This document shows positions 56,971-64,000 of a DNA stretch of 64,000 nt, one piece after another (position 1 is the stretch's first letter; every line of letters begins with the position of its first letter). Location of the stretch: assembly GCA_964016885.1 (NCBI GenBank), contig OZ024741.1:156240001-156304000 (forward strand), given 5' to 3'. Source of the DNA: Eledone cirrhosa. Taxonomy: Eukaryota. The notes beneath the pieces are model-generated. The model saw only the letters and a list, made by a program, of their open reading frames with translations, had not been told where the DNA came from and made no database searches. Made by a program: the position numbers and the translations under genes.

Positions 56971-56989
56971 GCTTACATACATACATACA

Positions 56990-57600
56990 TGGTGGCTGCC
57001 AACTCGTTTTCGAGTACGGCCACTACTTTATATCCATGTAGGAGAACCCCTACCGATGCGCTGAACGAGTGTGACTTTTTAGTCCAGCCAGCGACTTGAA
57101 AACTCTGGTACAAACACTACACTTGTGACAATTATTGACACATAGTGCTGGGCCTATAGTACCATGTAACGACAAGTGCAGAGAGATCTCCAGATATAAA
57201 GCAATGCCTGTGCCGTGAAGCTTTTATAGTTAGCAAAGGCACTGCACAAAGCCAGTCCCACTCTCTTAACCAAGATGATATTTATCAAAAAGAATAACAA
57301 ATCAACATCATTGGATACCATCAGAGTTGCAGGTGTTATATCAGAGTTTTCCTTCTCCTAGAATTCTGCCTTGACAAAGGCTAAGGGGTCATCTCTCCCG
57401 GTGATTTTGGATGGCCATTGACTCTTAAGAGCTCCTTTGCCCTTTGACAGGTTTTGTTTTTAGTCCTGCAGGATGTCCAAAGTCACCCTCCTCACCAAGA
57501 AACCTTGGTGGAGTTGCCAGTTTAGTCGCCAACGACCCGACCATGAGACAGGTTGTACTGGGATACATGTTACCAGTAGCACCAACTGGTGACCTGACAT
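56990..57600 (-). mobile_element. RTE-related non-autonomous element (3' part duplicated at 59435-59752)
   Basis: RTE-like 5' region; (CATA)n on both sides; near-identical copy at 59435. Confidence 0.7.
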
Positions 57601-57672
57601 AACATACATACATACATACATACATACATACATACATACATACATACATACATACATACATACATACATACA

Positions 57673-58455
57673 TTAAGATTGCAGCGTCTTCACAGACGAT
57701 TGCTGTCTCTTGTTGATTCTTCGTTGTCATCCCATCCGCGTCCATGACTTTGTAGATGACTTTGTAGGCCAGCTGTAGATCTGCATGGTTTACGACACAG
57801 GTGACAGGAAATAGATGTGCTTTCCACAGGACCAGAGGTGTCACCCTGTGGCACACAATCTTTATGTATCACCGCGTGTTTTTGTTTTTAGTCCGGAACT
57901 AGTTCAACACACTTTTTTACATATCACGCACGTTGTTTCGCCAGGTCTTTGTTGAGTGGTGTTGCAGGTGGTTATCCTTTCATGTGACTTCAGGTGATTA
58001 ACATAACCAGCCTTTGAGAGAAGTACACGCTGACAGAAATTGCATGTCTGACTACTGATGACTTCAGTTATATATGTTCTAGAAGACATTCCACAAAACT
58101 TTTGCAACTGCCCTTTATGCGCTTTCTCCACTCAGCCCTATTTAGAGCTATCTCCTTCCAGTTGTTTATATCAAATGCCAGCTCTTTGAGGTTGTTCTTG
58201 ATGCTGTCCTTGTACCTCATTTTCGGTTTGTGTTGAGGCCTTTTCCAAGATGGAGCTCACCGTAAAACAGTTGTTTTGATATCCTGCTTTCTTTCATGTG
58301 GAGGGTATGTCCTGTCCAGCGCATTTGAGAAGATGTTACTTGAGACTCAATGCTTGGACATTCTGCTTTAATAAGGACATGCATGTCAAGAGTTCTGTCT
58401 TGCCACTTTGATGTTGAATATGAACCATAAACATTTCTGCTGAAAGCGCTCATAT
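57673..58455 (-). pseudogene. Second RTE 3' fragment with three C2H2-like fingers
   Basis: QMRWTGH..SRISKQLFYGEL; CNFC..YVNHLKSH, CVICKKVC, CHLC..LQSHLQSH. Confidence 0.85.
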
Positions 58456-58531
58456 ACCTGTATGTATATACATACATATATGCATATATACATACAAACA
58501 GACATACATATATATATATATATACATACAC

Positions 58532-59420
58532 GAAATACCTGAGTCACAAAAGAGATAAGGATGCAGGCAAAACACCTAGATGAGACAACAAGTGCAGATT
58601 TTGCAGAATTTACATCGAAGATGTCCCCCATATCATAAGCAGTTGTCCAAAGATGTCATCGCTGTACTATCTACGTATGAGGCATGATGTAGTGGCCAAA
58701 ACACTGTACAATGCAGTTCGTAAAAAAGATAGCCCCGATAATAAACATATTAAAAGCTACAGCAGTGTGGAAGATATACATATACATAATATGAAAGAGT
58801 ACAGGTGGAATGTTCCAGTAAAAATCCCAATAAAATGCTGGCATAACAGACCAGATATAATGATATGAGACAGGGAAAAGAAGGCATGCACAGTAGTGGA
58901 AGTTAGATGTCCAGCAGATGCCAATGTAATATCAAAGATTGGCGAAAAGGAGAATATTTATGCAGAACTAATGAGAAATCTGCAGATACTCCACCCTGAT
59001 TATACCTTCAGATTTATACCTGTGATTATTGGGGCACTGGGATATGTTAGTAACTGCCTCAATACAAATCTTGAGCACCTGTGCTTCAAAGAAACATAAA
59101 GAACACAACTAGTTAGGAAATTACAAGTACAATCCATTAATGGAACAGTAAAAATATGTAAAACATTCCAAATATTCTGCATCTAATAACAGCATATACA
59201 CATGTACAGATACAAAACATATACACATGCACACATACAACTCAAAACATACACATCCACACATACAATAACATCCATATCTACACATGCATGCATGCAG
59301 ACATACATACATATCTCCCCAGTTGATGTTGTGTAAATTCCAATGAGAGAGTCTTGTGTCTATGTTAGAAACCGACTCTCTCTATTGGCAAAAATTTGTG
59401 AAATTATAAAATCAGAAGAT
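58532..59420 (+). pseudogene. R4/Dong-like LINE 3' end (CCHC knuckle + restriction-like endonuclease)
   Basis: CRFC..HIISSC, RHDVVAK, HNRPDIMI*D..VVEVRCP, PVIIGALG; internal stops. Confidence 0.85.
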
Positions 59421-61089
59421 ACATACATACACACATGGTGGCTGCTAACTCGTTTTCGAGTACGGCCACTACTTTATATACATGTAGGAGAACGCCTACC
59501 GATGCACTGAACGAGTGTGACTTTTTAGTCCAGCCAGCGACTTGAAAACTCTGGTACAAACACTACACTTGTGACAATTATTGACACATAGTGCTGGACC
59601 CATGGTACCATGTGATGACAAGTGCAGAGAGATCTCCAGATATAAAGCAATGCCTGTGCCGTGAAGCTTTTATAGTGAGCAAAGGCACTGCACAAAGCCA
59701 GTCCCACTCTCTTAACCAAGATGATATTTACCAAAAAGAAGAACAAGTCAACATACATACATACATACATACATACATACATACATACATACATACATAC
59801 ATACATACATACATAAAACTAAGACCGTACATGCCTCAACTAGAAAATTGACAAATCTAACCCTAATCCATGCTATCCATAAGCCAAATTAACGTCATAT
59901 TCCTACATTGAAACACGTCCTTCAAAAGCATACGCAGCCCAACAAAAACAACCATGCTCCAATTACTGGCATTGGGATGACGGTCCCCGCAGGTTGCAGC
60001 CGTTGTATTTCGTAGAGTCTATATACGTACAGCTTGCACTGCAGGATATTCCGTTAATTATCAGTCAAATGGAGATTTGAACAATTTCAGTACTTCTCGA
60101 TTATATCGCTCCCTCCAGCGGTGCTAAGCAGTATTGATGCTACCAGGGAAAGTCTAGGTTTTATTGGTCACACTGTAGCAAACATGTCCTTGGAATCTAG
60201 AACCATGATACTGGTGTAACCATTCCCATCATTCATGCATTAGGATATTTAGTCCTCGCTGATAATATTCACTGTTCTCAGCAATTGACTTTTCCTTCAA
60301 TGTTTTGCCATATTCACCATAATATAATGGCCTTCACGAAAGTTGTTGGTGACAGACCGCCTTAATTGGCGCCAATGTTTGGAAAGATTGGGGAAGAACG
60401 GGGCGAAATAGAAAATGTACTCCCCGTCACTGGATCGGTCGGAATCCAAAGCCCACTCGATTGAAGAATCGAGGACATCGATTACACCAACACCCAAGTT
60501 GCTTTTGGGATTTTCCGATGTCACCCGAGCCAACTGATGTTGGCTAGCGGAGCATGAGAATCAGGCAGTGCTGCTGTCTGGTTTGATGTTGTGGTGGACG
60601 GCTGCGGCTGCTCGGATGAGAGAAAGAGGGAGCTGTTGCATCTCTACTTTGAGAGCACATTGAACAGTTTCGACCTTTCTTTCACCTTTTTTCTAGACGG
60701 TGGCTCATGTGCTGCAGGTGTGAAAGTAAAGAGCTAGGCGGAGGATCAGCAATTGAAGCACTATCGAGCAACATGAATGTAGCTGACATTTTGGTGGGGG
60801 AATAGGCAAGTGGAGCATTGTTTAGCATCTTAAATGTAAATGGAGGATGAGATTGCGATGTTGAATCAGTAGTGGTCGCGATATTTGTTGTGGTAGTAAG
60901 TGGATGTCATCCTTAACTACCTAATAGGTTTTGAAAAGAAGAGATGTAAATATTTTGTTATCGTTTCTTGCGGAATTATTCTTCTGGTGCAAGCAGTTTA
61001 TGTGTAAAGAACATTTTAAAAAAGCCAAATTTAATTATTATGGAATCAATAATTATAGTTGATACAATAACAGATTTGGTCTAGGCCAA

Positions 61090-61600
61090 TGTTTCGAACT
61101 AGTGTGCCCTACCACGATACAATAAGTTCATATACGCATGCTCCCAACGACATGTCTTGGACACCTCAGGCTTCCTTTCGTAGCTTGAGCCAGCAGTCTT
61201 AGACCTAGGGGGCAGCAGAAGGCTAGTTACCATTAAGATCTTCCCGTTCCTCGGTGGTAAGCTCCTTATCTGGGATGCTACATCGATTGACACTTTCTCT
61301 AACGGTAACCTGGTGCCATCAGTGATAGATGTAGGCGTCGTGGCCTGGCAAGCCGAATATCACAAGCTGTTGAAGTATTAGCCGTTCTCCGATAGGTGTG
61401 TCATTGAACATGTAGCGGTGGAAACCTTCGGTGTTCTTAGTTTCCGAACCATTCTCTGACTCACCACTATCAGGACGGAGTTGGTCACTCACATGAGAGG
61501 AACCCGTGAGTTGGAATATATATTTCAACTCGTCTCCCTCACCATCTTCCGATGCAACGCTTACTCCATTTTGTCCACTGCGACCTCGTGGAGGCATGGA
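61090..61600 (+). pseudogene. CRE-like LINE endonuclease fragment
   Basis: LEPAVLD..FPFLGGKLLIWDATSIDTF, VAVETFGVL, IFQLVSLTIFRCNA. Confidence 0.75.
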
Positions 61601-62031
61601 CCTGGTATTCTAACACCAGATAGCGTACTCCCGCATCATACGCGCAATTATCATTGGGATAGGGATGTTTTAGGTAGTCTTTCTCATATTTTCATAGTAA
61701 CGCTAATGTTTCAGTTGTATCCCTCCTTTGACTGGATCCGTAGATTTATACAATTACATCATTTATATTTAAACCTTTCATCTGAGATGCCCGAACCAGG
61801 CAGCTATATAATATTATCGCTTACTGCTGCTGCTGCTCTTGGGAAATGGTGGCTGCCTTTCCACCAAGTTTTTTTCCCACAATTCTCCTGTAGTAAAACT
61901 GATACACACCTTCACAGGTGATTAAAATAAATTTTTTTAAAGAAAGTGAGAGAGGAGAGAAAGATACATTATTCTGAAATATTGTGTAAGCATATGTATA
62001 TATATATATATAGATGTGTGTGTGTGTGTAC

Positions 62032-62071
<40 letters not shown>

Positions 62072-62313
62072 ATACTTGGGGAGGGTCATATTTGTGTAAT
62101 AATATTGCCAGAATTAATAACAGAACATACAATACAACGGGAGGAAACATAATAGCACCACTGACGATGTTGCAGATGTGCAACGAAAGAACTTTGTTAG
62201 ACTATATATATGTGTTTGTGTCTATATTGTATCTGTATTTTTGACCGTTGGTCAGTCAATGGTAACATTGAGGACCGAATAAATGTGTGTGTGTGTGTGT
62301 ATACATATATATG

Positions 62314-62393
<80 letters not shown>

Positions 62394-62472
62394 TATGTAT
62401 ATATGTACATATATATACATATATATGTATATATATACATATATATGTATATATATATACATATATATGTAT

Positions 62473-62533
<61 letters not shown>

Positions 62534-62537
<4 letters not shown>

Positions 62538-62735
62538 AACCAGTAAGACCCCGACAGCTGAGCTCAAGCCGTTTCGACGGCTAATTCTGGACTGCGTCCA
62601 GAATTAGCCGTCGAAACGGCTTGAGCTCAGCTGTCGGGGTCTTACTGGTTCCTATTACCCACTCTACTACCTCAAGTATTGAGTACTTTGGTGCGTTATG
62701 GTCCACCTGGTTCCTTACCACATTTCCTTCGTTAT
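62534..62735. repeat. Perfect about 120-bp palindrome (62534-62654) with right tail; family of 6823
   Basis: Centre CTGGAC-TGC-GTCCAG; tail matches the reverse complement of 6825-6903. Confidence 0.9.
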
Positions 62736-62753
62736 ATATATATATATAGAGAG

Positions 62754-62964
62754 AGAGAAAAGTGAGGTTGGTAATGGCACATGGAATATATATACTTTTT
62801 TGTGAAAAAACATAATTTTATAAGGTAAGGAAATAATAAAGGGTATATATACCTTATAAAATTATGTTTTTTCACAAAAAAGTATTCTGTCTCTTATATA
62901 TTCCATGTGCCATTACCAACCTCAATTTTCTCTATAACCTTCGTTTTGTGTAGAAAATTACACT

Positions 62965-62970
<6 letters not shown>
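62754..62970. repeat. Fold-back with right tail
   Basis: 62754-62826 is inverted to 62850-62932 (10-nt indel). Confidence 0.85.
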
Positions 62971-62995
<25 letters not shown>

Positions 62996-63007
62996 CGTGT
63001 CAGACCT

Positions 63008-63133
63008 AGAAATACTTATCGTGATTTTGCAACATTAAAAGAATATTTGGAATCAGGTCTTCCTTCTTCATTGATGTATAAGGCAGGTTTCCAAATATTC
63101 TTTCAATGTTGTAAAATCACGATACGTATTTCT
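63008..63133. repeat. Short fold-back
   Basis: AGAAATACTTATCGTGATTTT..TTTGGAA / TTCCAAA..AAAATCACGATACGTATTTCT. Confidence 0.8.
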
Positions 63134-63193
63134 TTGGCCGACACACACACACACGCACACATATATATATATCTTACACATATATTTATATAC

Positions 63194-63229
<36 letters not shown>

Positions 63230-63584
63230 ATGTATGTGTGTGTGTGTGTGTGCGCGTGTGTGTGTGTATGTGTGTGTGTGTGTGTATACATATATTAATT
63301 GTACGCATTAAAAGTTCCATCAATGAATTTCTGCTTTCTCCCTAAGCGTCATCATCTGAAATCAGAGAAAAATCGATGTGTAGACGCATAAGAAGATAGA
63401 AACAAAAAACAAAAAAAAACGACCAAATATTGCTTTACCTTTCACTCTTTCTCTCACACCCTCTCTTTTATATATCTATAAATACATATATATATATATG
63501 CATGTATATACGTATGTATGTACGTATATATATATATACATGCATTTATATATGTATGTATATATGTGTGTGTGCGTGTGAGAA

Positions 63585-63627
<43 letters not shown>

Positions 63628-64000
63628 GCGTGTGTGTATATGTGCGTGTATAATCCAGTAAACTAAATTTGATACAGGAATTAATGTTCTCTATTCTGCA
63701 ACAAATTCTCTTGTAATGATATAAAATATGACTAAATTGAGTGCATTTAATATGGAGCCCATCAACAGATATCAATTTAACTATCAATAGCGGTGCATTT
63801 AAATAAATGTTTCGACGTTCAGTAGATTTAAGCCAGTACGAACTCTGTTGTTGTTATTGTTATTACTACTGCTGTCGTTGGCGTTGTTATACCTCCCCTA
63901 GTCGGTCTTCTCTTTATTGTTATTGTTACTACTGCCACTGATATTAGTAATGCTACTCATGCGGTGGATTGGTAGTATCGGTAGAGATCCGGACAACATG

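Noticed and set aside
57700-58131. Host C2H2 zinc-finger gene
   Set aside because: Contiguous with a decayed RTE C-terminus; no TGEKP linkers
59820-61080. Complex sequence that might hold a host exon (also 49400-50650)
   Set aside because: No recognisable protein motif or supported splice structure
62161-62205. CTGACGA-gttgca/tgcaac-GAAA hammerhead core
   Set aside because: Stem II is good but stems I and III cannot be paired convincingly

Overview
AT-rich, microsatellite-saturated animal genomic DNA. The Deu/Nin-domain tRNA-SINEs and dense (TA)n/(CA)n/(GA)n/(CATA)n tracts suggest an octopus-like cephalopod (inference). I recognise no host gene exon and no intact ORF. Recognisable coding remnants are all mobile elements: a degenerate Rep-PIF1 Helitron (40858-47105), two Neptune-type Penelope-like (GIY-YIG) fragments, RTE, R4/Dong-like and CRE-like LINE fragments. 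There are also two non-autonomous Helitrons, SINEs and two satellites. The main signal lies in non-coding blocks between (TA)n tracts. By eye about 20 type I hammerhead ribozyme (HHR) motifs from about 10 unrelated families are present, including U3-A8 covariant, C4 and long-stem-II variants. They sit in two architectures: (i) fold-back palindromes with a one-sided unpaired tail, and (ii) 420-630 bp monomers inserted as circularly permuted 1.1-1.8-mers. This suggests a diverse cephalopod retrozyme/circular-RNA population mobilised into (TA)n by Penelope-like elements. All calls are by eye; no folding or database search was run.
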